Positions 20,700-28,152 of a stretch of 30,661 nt of DNA are shown here, piece by piece (within the stretch, counting starts at the first letter, position 1; each line of letters starts with the position of its first letter). The stretch is taken from the IMG/VR virus record IMGVR_UViG_3300030433_002580, positions 1-30,661 of that record, one strand, 5' to 3'. This DNA is from a virus. Its lineage: Duplodnaviria; Caudoviricetes. The notes under the pieces were generated by a model. The model was given only the letters and a program-made list of their open reading frames with translations. It had not been told where the DNA came from and did no database searches. A program made the translations under genes and the position numbers.

Positions 20700-22601
20700 T
20701 TATTTCCTCTCTAATGCTCCGTTTGAGTAACTTGAAGTATAGTAATCTCTTGTGAAAGAAACGCCAGAAATATCTTCACCAGATGCGATCACATCTTTAA
20801 TCATATTTATTCTACTATTAGAAACATCAAAACTAAGATATAGATCTTTTAATCCGACAATATCATTTGATTCTGGGAATGCTTGAATCTCAATAATATT
20901 GTCTGGCAGGGAAGTTTCCACGATGTTAACCGTGTTTAAAATAATTTCTCCCTTTTCATAATCAACAATTCCAGCATCCTTACTAACAACTATTCTTTCT
21001 CCAATGCTTGTTTGTTTTACAATGGAAACGACACCAGTTTTTGTGTCATTTGGGGTATCAGTAAGGAATACTGTTGCAGGGTCTCCAGCGATTTTAAAAC
21101 CAGTACTCTTAATATTCAGTCCTGTTGGATTTACATGGAATCTATTACCAAAACAGAGTTCATACTGTGCAAACTGATTAACAAGTGCTCTTAAATCTCT
21201 TCTAATCTTTACCTTTGTTATATTAGAAGTAATTGCAGAATCAACCCTATCAATCAATTGAAGCATCTTACTATATTTAAATCTTCCACCAAACTTATTG
21301 ATATCAACATCTTGTGAATAGATTGATAGTGCATCTATAACACTAGTTCTCAAATCATCAACATCAGAGACTTGATTATTATTAAAATAAATTGATGAAT
21401 CAATCTCAACATAAAGAACCTTAAGGTCAATTATATTTTGATTGATACCTGCAATAGCATATTGTTTCAGTCTGTTTAAAATATTCTGTTTATCAAAGTC
21501 TGAGATATATGTACCATTTTTTGGTTTGATACTAATTTGAACTGTACCAAACTTTGGTGGACTCAATTCTTCACCACCAACAACTGCTACAGATTCGGTG
21601 CTTGGATAGATTGACTGAATGATTGCCTCATAATCCCTTGCTGTAACCGCCCTAGATTGCGCTGCATAGAGTCTAGGAGCGAAATACTTGATAGAGGACA
21701 CATTCTCAATATCACCACCATTCATCGCCCTCTGAGTGGTGGTTACATTAATTGTATCAGAAGGAATTACCCTCTTATTTTCTTCATCTACGAAGTTACC
21801 TTGAAAGTCAAACTCCGATGCACCATTACCTGCCTTACCTTCAGTAATAATATACCTTACGGTAATGATAGCATTGTTCTCTAATGGTCTTCCAAAGTAA
21901 CCATCACCGAACAAGAGTTCATATTTTTCATCCTGAATCTCTTGAATAAGATAGATTTCGGAATTTTTGTTTACTTCTAGTATATTATCTGCTCTACGAT
22001 ATTCTCTTCCCAGTCCACTATCATTAATACCCTTTACATACACTCTAATCGTTGAAGAATCAACATTAGGGTTATCAATAATAAATCTTTGGTCAGTTGA
22101 TGTGTTAACTAAGAACTGCCTTGAAAGTGACGAACCTTGATAGATTTTAACTGGTTTATCAGCAGTACCAAATTGCGCTTGACCATTAACAACTTGAGCT
22201 GTTAAATCTTCTGGAATTGAGAAGCGATAAGATGTATTATCAAACGCTCCAACACACACCAGACCCGCTGTAAGGGTGATGAAACCACTGGTAGTAGTGG
22301 TAGGGACAGAGAACGTTACGTTCGCCGTAGCGGCGGTTTTAGAGCGTGGTACGTAACCAATGTTTCTAGCAAGAGAAACGACATTTTCACGTACTGTTGC
22401 CGCATCTAAGAACGACTCATTTACGACAAGGTTAGCATTAAACGCATTAATATACGTATTATATGCTAAAGTATCAATCAGAACAGAAAAATTAGACCCT
22501 TCAAAGTCAAAATCCGTGAAATTTGAATTTGCACGAAGATAATCTTTGATTTGAGTCTTGATTTGATCGAAATCTAGATTGGTAAACTGTGTAAAAGGCA
22601 T
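20700..22601 (-). CDS. gp6: Baseplate wedge subunit (T4 gp6-like)
   Basis: 633 aa. Motifs FTNLDFDQIK, FTDFDFEGSNFSVLIDTLAYNTY, RENVVSLARNIGYVPRS, RAVTARDYE. Confidence 0.95.
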   Translation of the reverse strand: MPFTQFTNLDFDQIKTQIKDYLRANSNFTDFDFEGSNFSVLIDTLAYNTYINAFNANLVVNESFLDAATVRENVVSLARNIGYVPRSKTAATANVTFSVPTTTTSGFITLTAGLVCVGAFDNTSYRFSIPEDLTAQVVNGQAQFGTADKPVKIYQGSSLSRQFLVNTSTDQRFIIDNPNVDSSTIRVYVKGINDSGLGREYRRADNILEVNKNSEIYLIQEIQDEKYELLFGDGYFGRPLENNAIITVRYIITEGKAGNGASEFDFQGNFVDEENKRVIPSDTINVTTTQRAMNGGDIENVSSIKYFAPRLYAAQSRAVTARDYEAIIQSIYPSTESVAVVGGEELSPPKFGTVQISIKPKNGTYISDFDKQNILNRLKQYAIAGINQNIIDLKVLYVEIDSSIYFNNNQVSDVDDLRTSVIDALSIYSQDVDINKFGGRFKYSKMLQLIDRVDSAITSNITKVKIRRDLRALVNQFAQYELCFGNRFHVNPTGLNIKSTGFKIAGDPATVFLTDTPNDTKTGVVSIVKQTSIGERIVVSKDAGIVDYEKGEIILNTVNIVETSLPDNIIEIQAFPESNDIVGLKDLYLSFDVSNSRINMIKDVIASGEDISGVSFTRDYYTSSYSNGALERK

Positions 22602-22604
22602 ATT

Positions 22605-23006
22605 TTACCTTGTCGATTCTAATATGAATGAAAATTGTGTTGATGGGAGGTCTTGTCCCACAATGTCAAAGAAGACTGTGACATTAAAACTATTATCATC
22701 AGGTCTTGGATCCACTTCAACACGTAAATTTTCGACTCTTTTGTCGTAAAAATTGATTGTATTTAAGATTTGAGTGCGAATTACGCTTGCAGTAGCAACG
22801 TCAACAAAGTCAAAGAGACTTTTACGCACATCAGAACCCAACTTAGAGTTAAAAAACCTCTCAGTTGGGATAGTTTCGACTAAATTACGAATAGATCTAA
22901 TGATAGCACGCTCATTAATGAGTACAGGAAGGTCCTTCGTCACTGGATGTGGATCAAATGAGAAACTAATATCCTTAAAAGCGCGTGAAACCCTCTTAGT
23001 AGGCAT
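22605..23006 (-). CDS. gp25: Baseplate wedge / sheath initiator subunit (T4 gp25-like)
   Basis: 133 aa. FKDISFSF..HPVT.D and NERAI.RSIRNLV.T...ERFF...LGS. Immediately upstream of gp6. Confidence 0.93.
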   Translation of the reverse strand: MPTKRVSRAFKDISFSFDPHPVTKDLPVLINERAIIRSIRNLVETIPTERFFNSKLGSDVRKSLFDFVDVATASVIRTQILNTINFYDKRVENLRVEVDPRPDDNSFNVTVFFDIVGQDLPSTQFSFILESTR

Positions 23007-23029
23007 TGAGCGTGTATTTTCTATAGATT

Positions 23030-23037
23030 TATTTATA
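23030..23037 (-). promoter_or_regulatory. T4-type late promoter for the gp25-gp6-gp7 operon
   Basis: Exact TATAAATA on the - strand, 24 nt upstream of the gp25 ATG. Confidence 0.88.
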
Positions 23038-23052
23038 CCTTATAGCAGAAAA

Positions 23053-23196
23053 TTATTGCTTTCTTTCCTCTTCAGTTAATTCTTCAGGGTCATCATTAGT
23101 TTTATGTGGTTTGCACCAATAATCTGTTATCAAACTAGTGGTTCCCCACATTTTATACATGTACTCAGTATCTCTATCGACGTGATACTTTGCCAT
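23053..23196 (-). CDS. Small hypothetical protein (47 aa)
   Basis: Translated by hand: MAKYHVDRDTEYMYKMWGTTSLITDYWCKPHKTNDDPEELTEEERKQ*. AGGAG Shine-Dalgarno 4 nt before the ATG; late-promoter core upstream. Confidence 0.8.
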   Translation of the reverse strand: MAKYHVDRDTEYMYKMWGTTSLITDYWCKPHKTNDDPEELTEEERKQ

Positions 23197-23251
23197 TTTG
23201 CTCCTGTTTTGTAAAAAACAGAACTTTTTGAGGGGTTGCTATCCCTATCAG

Positions 23252-23258
23252 TATTTAT
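23252..23258 (-). promoter_or_regulatory. Late promoter core (ATAAATA)
   Basis: AATAAATA on the - strand in the gap upstream of the 47-aa ORF. Confidence 0.6.
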
Positions 23259-23259
23259 T

Positions 23260-23391
23260 TTATGCTTCCTCAGTCAAATTTTGAGGTTCATCTTCCTTAT
23301 CGGTGTTTTTATTGTCACCAACGACCTCACGAATCAGTTTTTCGTGCTGTCTTGCTGCTAAATTGTCCAAAAAGTCACTAGTTGGTTCCAT
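23260..23391 (-). CDS. Small acidic hypothetical protein (43 aa)
   Basis: MEPTSDFLDNLAARQHEKLIREVVGDNKNTDKEDEPQNLTEEA. Start moved to the ATG at 23391, which has AGGAAG upstream and only a short overlap with the upstream gene. Confidence 0.7.
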   Translation of the reverse strand: MEPTSDFLDNLAARQHEKLIREVVGDNKNTDKEDEPQNLTEEA

Positions 23392-24052
23392 TTTCTTCCT
23401 CCTGTTGGCGTTCTTTTGCTGTTTTCCAGTGATATTCGTCTTCACGACCCATACCAAGTCGTTCAAACCCATTTTCCACCTGATAATATTGAGTTGAAAC
23501 CTTAAAATCAGGCATTTTAGGTTCCATAGGTGTCAAACTATTGTCAAAGATACGTAATCTATTGTTTGGATAGAGTGCATATTGACCATTATCCAATTCA
23601 ATAAGGTTATGAGACTTATGTTCAGCAGGATTTTCACTTGTTGCCCAGTCTACGTAGTCTGGATCATGGTGATAGTTATCAATTGTACAAACATAAGTGC
23701 CCTTTTGGATACCAAAGTCGCGTGTATAGCATTCAAAGTCCATTGAACCAATGAATTTCTTATCTACACTGACGACACCATAGTCCATACAGTTCCAGAA
23801 TTGTAAATTAGGCAAATCCATATCAGGATCAGGAGTTTCTGGTTCTGAGAGGAAAGCAGAAATCGGCAATTTATCATACATTGCCGCATATTCTGGTAAA
23901 TAAGTTTCAAAATAAAAAGTGCGTCCAGGTATGGACTTAGCCGATACCCAAACGCCCTTTACAAATTCACCGTGTCCACTTTGATGGTCGGTCAAATATT
24001 CTTTACGTACCCATACTTCTTGTGACGGAAGATTAGTAATAAGACAAGCCAT
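23378..24052 (-). CDS. Conserved cyanophage hypothetical protein (224 aa)
   Basis: Long ORF with phage codon style. Motifs WVRKEYL.DH..GHGEF, QFWNCMDY and EHKSHN.IEL.NGQYALYPNNR resemble a widespread T4-like cyanophage family of unknown function. Confidence 0.85.
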   Translation of the reverse strand: MACLITNLPSQEVWVRKEYLTDHQSGHGEFVKGVWVSAKSIPGRTFYFETYLPEYAAMYDKLPISAFLSEPETPDPDMDLPNLQFWNCMDYGVVSVDKKFIGSMDFECYTRDFGIQKGTYVCTIDNYHHDPDYVDWATSENPAEHKSHNLIELDNGQYALYPNNRLRIFDNSLTPMEPKMPDFKVSTQYYQVENGFERLGMGREDEYHWKTAKERQQEEENGTN

Positions 24053-24072
24053 TCAAAACGATGTAACTGGTC

Positions 24073-24078
24073 TATTTA
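24073..24078 (-). promoter_or_regulatory. Possible late promoter core (TAAATA)
   Basis: ATTAAATA on the - strand, 21 nt upstream of the 224-aa ORF; same spacing as the gp8 and gp25 promoters. Confidence 0.5.
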
Positions 24079-24079
24079 A

Positions 24080-24232
24080 TCACCGTCCTTGTCCACGATA
24101 TGCTTTCTTAGCACTATTGCGAGAAGAAGCGGCATACTTCGTGTTTTTTCCGGACCCTTGACGAGTCTTCTTTGGTTTTCCGGGCATAAACCCGTCTTTA
24201 CCGAGAGCACCAATCTTTGAACGTACTGCCAT
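24080..24232 (-). CDS. Small highly basic protein (50 aa), KKTRQG...YRGQG type
   Basis: Translated by hand: MAVRSKIGALGKDGFMPGKPKKTRQGSGKNTKYAASSRNSAKKAYRGQGR*. AGGAG Shine-Dalgarno upstream. Confidence 0.85.
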   Translation of the reverse strand: MAVRSKIGALGKDGFMPGKPKKTRQGSGKNTKYAASSRNSAKKAYRGQGR

Positions 24233-24240
24233 AATAACTC

Positions 24241-24402
24241 CTAGAATTTAGTAATTTTTGTCTCAAGGTCTTGAGGACGTGGAGAACCTTTCTGATAGAA
24301 CTCAATTGAAAGGTCCTCCATGATATCAAAGTACTCATCTTTGGTCAAGCCCTTGTAAAGTACTTTCCCCTTATGGAGAATTGTATAGTTCTCCTTCATC
24401 AT
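24241..24402 (-). CDS. Small hypothetical protein (53 aa)
   Basis: Translated by hand: MMKENYTILHKGKVLYKGLTKDEYFDIMEDLSIEFYQKGSPRPQDLETKITKF*. Starts 1 nt after the upstream stop and fills the gap. Confidence 0.8.
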   Translation of the reverse strand: MMKENYTILHKGKVLYKGLTKDEYFDIMEDLSIEFYQKGSPRPQDLETKITKF

Positions 24403-24403
24403 A

Positions 24404-25165
24404 TCAGATCACGCGAGACTTTTCGTGACCAACGCGAACGCGAGGATCACACCAAATCTCAAATCCTGCTTCTTTTGCATCAAGACAGAATGATACATCT
24501 TCTCCACACATGTCTTGTACTTCACCAGATTCAAAGACTTGCATCTTGGGTGCAAACCAAGGATAAGGCATACCTTCATGTTCAAAGACACCATTCTTAA
24601 TCAGCAACCAACCAAATCCAGTATAATCAACAGTGAATGGTTTACGACGCTTAGAAATGGTCTCTCCAGTTTCATGATTCATGACACCACCATTGCTACG
24701 GAAGTCATCTTCTTCCAACCAATGTGCAACACTAGTAGTTTGACCGTCTTCAGTCATGTACCAACCAGCAGCAATGTCCTTATCCATCAGAACCAATTGA
24801 TAGAACTTCTCAGTGTTAAACACAATGTCACTATCAATCCAAAGTTGATAATCATACTTCAGACGACCATCCCATGGTTTCTGATTAGGTCCACGCAATA
24901 CATTTGCACCAAGACACTTACAACGTGCAAAGTTCACCATGGAACTATAGTCTTGTGAAATCTGAATGCTAGCACCACATTGTACAAGGTCAAAACACAG
25001 TTGTACAAAGTTCTTCAAATAAACATATGATACTCCACGACCAGGTAGACAGAAGACTACTGTCTTACCTTTAAGCATCTCTCTTGCTTTATCATAGTCC
25101 CACTCTTGCTCTGCTGCTTTTGGCTTAGCGGGCGCTTTTGCTTTTACTGTAAATCCTTTTGCCAT
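24404..25165 (-). CDS. Glycosyltransferase-like protein (GT-A fold, GT2-like)
   Basis: 253 aa. DxD motif in YQLWIDSDI, then TGFGWLLIK, GEDVSFC and RVGHEK in the order expected for a GT-A fold. Confidence 0.75.
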   Translation of the reverse strand: MAKGFTVKAKAPAKPKAAEQEWDYDKAREMLKGKTVVFCLPGRGVSYVYLKNFVQLCFDLVQCGASIQISQDYSSMVNFARCKCLGANVLRGPNQKPWDGRLKYDYQLWIDSDIVFNTEKFYQLVLMDKDIAAGWYMTEDGQTTSVAHWLEEDDFRSNGGVMNHETGETISKRRKPFTVDYTGFGWLLIKNGVFEHEGMPYPWFAPKMQVFESGEVQDMCGEDVSFCLDAKEAGFEIWCDPRVRVGHEKSRVI

Positions 25166-25204
25166 AATTAGGTCAAGTTTGAAATGTGAATCGATTCAAT
25201 AGTA

Positions 25205-25233
25205 ATTATACTAGGAACTTAAGTGATAGTCAA
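25205..25233 (-). promoter_or_regulatory. Sigma70-type promoter
   Basis: TTGACT-17 nt-TATAAT on the - strand upstream of the glycosyltransferase-like gene. Confidence 0.85.
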
Positions 25234-25235
25234 TA

Positions 25236-25403
25236 CTATAATTCGGTTATTACGATAGCATCTCCATCTACTTCCATATTAACCTCTGTACCCTCAAACC
25301 ACCCGAACTCAGATATAATCCACTCAGGTACTTTAACAACATATTCACCAGTTACAGGATCGACCTCTACAGTGGTTAAATTTTCTCCGGGATTTTTTTG
25401 CAT
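25236..25403 (-). CDS. AbrB/MazE/SpoVT-like small DNA-binding protein (55 aa)
   Basis: MQKNPGENLTTVEVDPVTGEYVVKVPEWIISEFGWFEGTEVNMEVDGDAIVITEL fits the swapped-hairpin pattern vP..i...lgw..G..v.m.v.g..ivi. The start could be 25403 or 25424. Confidence 0.7.
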   Translation of the reverse strand: MQKNPGENLTTVEVDPVTGEYVVKVPEWIISEFGWFEGTEVNMEVDGDAIVITEL

Positions 25404-25435
25404 ACAAGATATACCGTTTTTCAATTTTGTTTTAT

Positions 25436-25993
25436 CTATAATTTCGTTAAGTTTAACTTATCTGCAATGATGTCAAAGTTAAATGATATGATAGTTTTTC
25501 TATTCTTCCCATTCGCAGTACCTCTATGAATCCAATGTGCAGGAAATATAATCATATCCCCTTCCTTCACATCTATTTGCATTCTTTTTAAATTATATGG
25601 TGAACATATCTCCGTCTTACCACATCCATCACTATACTCCAAGTAATATACCCCAGTGTAATGTTGACCATGTATATGCCATCCATGTCCTCCATCCTCC
25701 AAATACTGTTGAAACCATATTGATTTCATGTCTGCTGCAGTGTATGCCATACTATCAATAGCTTCCGCTATTGTCTCCTTATAATGCTTATCAAACGTTC
25801 TTACCCATGGACGATTGAAATCCTTCGCATTATGCCAATCTAACTTTGCAATACTATCACTATAATATCCATCCTCTACACATAATGATTCTTCCTCTAC
25901 TTCAGCAATCTGTTGAAGCATCCTATCCCTTATCTCTAAGTGCCCCCTTATCTTGGTATGAATAAGACAATCACTAAACTCAACCTTATACAT
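25436..25993 (-). CDS. Putative 2OG-Fe(II) oxygenase
   Basis: 185 aa. WFQQY..GG.HGWHIH, TGVYYL, EGDMIIFPAHWIH and RKTIISFN match the HxH...H...RxxxSFN double-stranded beta-helix pattern common in cyanophages. Confidence 0.85.
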   Translation of the reverse strand: MYKVEFSDCLIHTKIRGHLEIRDRMLQQIAEVEEESLCVEDGYYSDSIAKLDWHNAKDFNRPWVRTFDKHYKETIAEAIDSMAYTAADMKSIWFQQYLEDGGHGWHIHGQHYTGVYYLEYSDGCGKTEICSPYNLKRMQIDVKEGDMIIFPAHWIHRGTANGKNRKTIISFNFDIIADKLNLTKL

Positions 25994-26102
25994 TGAATTT
26001 TTCTATCCGGAAATTTTTTTTATATAGAGATATCTCTCTCGCAAAAGCAAGACTTTATAGCTTACAGGGACCCATTGGTTTTATATACGGGGGGCGGCGG
26101 CA

Positions 26103-26118
26103 CCCCCGACGGCGGGGG
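26103..26118. repeat. GC-rich inverted repeat CCCCCG-ACGG-CGGGGG at the GC/AT boundary
   Basis: Perfect 6-bp stem with a G6 run just upstream. No U-tract on either side. Confidence 0.7.
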
Positions 26119-26146
26119 CACTGCCTATCACGCACTAACGCTGCGG

Positions 26147-26350
26147 TCAAGCGACCGTGTGCCAGTCGTCATTCTGCCACCATGCGGCGTCGTGGTAGGC
26201 GACCCAGAACTCATGCCACAGTTCTTTACTGTCTGCGATGTTAAGTTCTGTCATCTCACTGATCCAATCGTAGGCATAATCCAGGGATGCAGTGTTATCA
26301 GCAACAAAGGAAGGCAGTTGCAGGAGAGCGTCGGAGAAGGAGAGAGGCAT
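26147..26350 (-). CDS. Early-type hypothetical protein (67 aa, acidic, Trp-rich)
   Basis: Own promoter, A/C-rich leader and GC-rich codons. Confidence 0.75.
   Translation of the reverse strand: MPLSFSDALLQLPSFVADNTASLDYAYDWISEMTELNIADSKELWHEFWVAYHDAAWWQNDDWHTVA
26158..26181. promoter_or_regulatory. Dyad motif copy 1 (degenerate)
   Basis: TGTGCCA-GTCGTCATTC-TGCCACC, 7 nt from a - strand TTGACC (26145-26150). Confidence 0.5.
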
Positions 26351-26374
26351 TGGTTGGTTGTGTTGCTTGTGTGT

Positions 26375-26403
26375 ATTGTACAGGATAACTCAGAGATCCT
26401 CAA
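26375..26403 (-). promoter_or_regulatory. Sigma70-type promoter
   Basis: TTGAGG-17 nt-TACAAT, overlapping the stop of the upstream gene. Confidence 0.7.
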
Positions 26404-26647
26404 GCATTTCATCCAGTTCTTCTGTGTCGATTCGCCCATCCATCCAACGGACGCCATCGGGTGTCATCTGCCCAAAGTTCACCTCAAGGGTAGGGATCAG
26501 GTGATCATAACCGCTGTGACCATAGACACGGGCGACACGGTATATCGCCTCATCATTCTGCAACCAGAGGGCAACGTTCCAGGTCTCATAGTTGGTCCAC
26601 CCGTTGTAGTCGGTGCGCTCAGGAATCATGGAGGTGAGTGCTTGCAT
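26390..26647 (-). CDS. Conserved phage hypothetical protein, YNGWTNYETW family (85 aa)
   Basis: YNGWTNYETWNVALWLQNDE and TPDGVRW.D motifs, a widespread small phage family. Has its own promoter. Confidence 0.85.
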   Translation of the reverse strand: MQALTSMIPERTDYNGWTNYETWNVALWLQNDEAIYRVARVYGHSGYDHLIPTLEVNFGQMTPDGVRWMDGRIDTEELDEMLEDL

Positions 26648-26672
26648 TGGTCCGTTGGTTGAACTTGAGTTA

Positions 26673-26706
26673 ATGGTAGCACAGGATGGGCGGGGTCAAC
26701 CGCCCA
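26673..26706 (-). promoter_or_regulatory. Sigma70-type promoter with -35-like box in a hairpin loop
   Basis: TGGGCGG-TTGACC-CCGCCCA inverted repeat, then extended -10 TGcTACCAT. The 15-nt spacer is short. Confidence 0.65.
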
Positions 26707-26716
26707 AACCTTAAAT

Positions 26717-27016
26717 TCAGTGGAAGAAATCGTAGGCGGTGTCTGGGGTGGGGTCGTATCCGTCCGCGATGGCATCCACTGCCTCTTCTGCGCTGTTCTC
26801 CCACTGATACGCTGCCAGAATCTCCTCCAACACCCAACCGCTCTCAGGGTCAACAGGGAGCTCTGGGTGGTCATTCAGCAGCAGTTCCACGTCATCCCAG
26901 AACTGTCGGAACCCATAATCGTTCCAGCAGTTATCAGTGTCCAGGGACTGGCGGTAGCGGGTGTCTGCTGCCTGTTGCGCTTCGTATTGGTCCAGGGAGT
27001 AGTTGTGGAAATCCAT
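26717..27016 (-). CDS. Early-type acidic hypothetical protein (99 aa)
   Basis: MDFHNYSLDQYEAQQ...DTAYDFFH. Start placed at 27016 because the ATG at 27043 lies inside an extended -10 box. Confidence 0.78.
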   Translation of the reverse strand: MDFHNYSLDQYEAQQAADTRYRQSLDTDNCWNDYGFRQFWDDVELLLNDHPELPVDPESGWVLEEILAAYQWENSAEEAVDAIADGYDPTPDTAYDFFH

Positions 27017-27038
27017 GGGGTGGTTTGCAACTGAAGAA

Positions 27039-27047
27039 ATCATACCA
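27039..27047 (-). promoter_or_regulatory. Extended -10 promoter
   Basis: TGgTATGAT followed by an A/C-rich leader (CAAACCACCCC-ATG). Confidence 0.65.
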
Positions 27048-27051
27048 TAGA

Positions 27052-27417
27052 TCAGAGGGTTTTGAGCAGGGCGTCGATGTCTTCCATCAGGCGATCCTGA
27101 CGTGCAGCGATGCGGTCCTTGCGAACTTGTTCAGCATAACGGCGGGCGTTGGCGTCCTTGTCTCCCTTCCACTGGCGTCCCAATCCGGTAACCTTGGTGA
27201 TGGTTCCACCCTTACCACTGCCGGTGGCGTGTGATGCAGTCTGTCCGTCACCCTTGCGAACAGCACCAACACCGGTCAGGTGTCCGTATCCGTCATGGCG
27301 TTGCATGGTCTCCCCCTTGCGTGCGTGGCGTGTCTTCAGGCGCTTAACGGTAACAGTCTTCCCGGCAGCGTTAAGGTCAGCAGCGATGTTCAGCAGTTGG
27401 GAGGTGGAAGCGTTCAA
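27052..27417 (-). CDS. Early-type basic hypothetical protein (121 aa, TTG start)
   Basis: MNASTSQLLNIAADLNAAGKTVTVKRLKTRHARKG... The TTG at 27417 follows -10 TATACT (27444-27449) and an A/C-rich leader. The longer track start would run through the promoter. Confidence 0.75.
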   Translation of the reverse strand: MNASTSQLLNIAADLNAAGKTVTVKRLKTRHARKGETMQRHDGYGHLTGVGAVRKGDGQTASHATGSGKGGTITKVTGLGRQWKGDKDANARRYAEQVRKDRIAARQDRLMEDIDALLKTL

Positions 27418-27443
27418 GCGGTCGTTTTGTTTGGTACTTGTAA

Positions 27444-27537
27444 AGTATAAGACCCAGAAGGCGACCCGGTGGTTCACCTTGTGCCACCTTGCAAACTGTC
27501 CGGAAGTGGTTGGCAGGCGGTTGGTCAGGTGTAGGAT
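27444..27537. promoter_or_regulatory. Divergent promoter pair around dyad motif copy 2
   Basis: Dyad TGTGCCA-CCTTGCAAAC-TGTCCGG (27480-27503). - strand -10 TATACT (27444-27449). + strand TTGGCA-16 nt-TAGGAT (27510-27537). Confidence 0.65.
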
Positions 27538-27543
27538 ATGTTC

Positions 27544-27612
27544 AACAACCAAGAGAGGTGCGGGGTAGCACTGCAGACGCCAAAGGTCGTCACCTCCCCT
27601 GCCTGCCGGTAA
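27544..27612 (+). ncRNA. Candidate structured small RNA, copy A
   Basis: ORF-less, directly after a + strand -10 box. Stem GAGGTG/CACCTC (27555-60/27591-96). Paralogous to 28515-28581. Confidence 0.55.
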
Positions 27613-27696
27613 TTGTTTCCGAAATGTTAAGTTTCCGATAGGTGCGCCATGGCGTGCTAGGATAGAGGTAGACCCTCCGGTAGGGTTCTTAAATGT

Positions 27697-27722
27697 AAAA
27701 AAATGGGGAGCGATTGCCCCCC
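27697..27722 (-). terminator. Rho-independent terminator
   Basis: - strand GGGGGGC-AATC-GCTCCCC-ATTTTTTT, 10 nt after the stop of the 110-aa ORF. Confidence 0.85.
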
Positions 27723-27732
27723 TTAAATGTTA

Positions 27733-28065
27733 TCAACCCAGGCGCATTGATGAAAAGAATGGAACAGTGGTGATACCTTGCACTGTGTTGATGTTAACAA
27801 ACCAGTCAAAGTTCTTTTGGAAAACACAATCTCCATCGTCACCATGTTCTGCCAAAATAGCATTAAGGCGGGATTTTGTGGTCTTTGATTGCCACCCACC
27901 GTCGAACAATCGGATGAAAGTATCACCAACCTCAGCAATCAGATTGCCGTGGAGATGAACAGTAGAGACGCCAGATTCTTCGTCAAAATGAACAGAAGTG
28001 TTGCCAGACTGCCAGTTCTGATTGTTCTGAATGGCGGCGTTCATCAGGGATTCAATCTTACGCAT
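27733..28065 (-). CDS. Conserved cyanophage early-type hypothetical protein (110 aa)
   Basis: MRKIE..MN.AI....NW.SGNT.V, LHGNLIAEV and DGGWQSKTTKSRLNAI. Has its own promoter and terminator. Confidence 0.88.
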   Translation of the reverse strand: MRKIESLMNAAIQNNQNWQSGNTSVHFDEESGVSTVHLHGNLIAEVGDTFIRLFDGGWQSKTTKSRLNAILAEHGDDGDCVFQKNFDWFVNINTVQGITTVPFFSSMRLG

Positions 28066-28093
28066 GGTTGGGTGTCGTTTGGTTGACTTCTAT

Positions 28094-28152
28094 AAGATAC
28101 AGGGGAAAGCGGTGTTGTGCCATCCCCTTGTGCCACTACCTCAACAGGCACA
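28094..28152 (-). promoter_or_regulatory. Promoter with dyad motif copy 3
   Basis: Dyad TGTGCCA-CTACCTCAAC-AGGCACA (28129-28152), then TGGCAC-17 nt-TATCTT on the - strand. Confidence 0.7.

Noticed and set aside
902-23079. Many 60-160-aa ORFs on the + strand or in alternative - frames over the structural genes
   Set aside because: They lie wholly within or opposite long recognisable genes and have no ribosome-binding site or promoter support; they are shadow frames.
23204-23221. Hairpin CTGTTTT-GTAA-AAAACAG overlapping the Shine-Dalgarno of the 47-aa ORF as a translational switch
   Set aside because: Weak AT-rich 7-bp stem; could easily be chance.
27418-27552. N-terminal extension of the 166-aa track ORF
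   Set aside because: It crosses the -10 box, dyad and divergent promoter; TTG at 27417 fits the leader pattern of neighbouring genes.
26075-27568. Long + strand ORFs (195, 182, 139, 104 aa) in the GC island
   Set aside because: High GC makes stops rare. The - strand frames have promoters, leaders and recognisable motifs.
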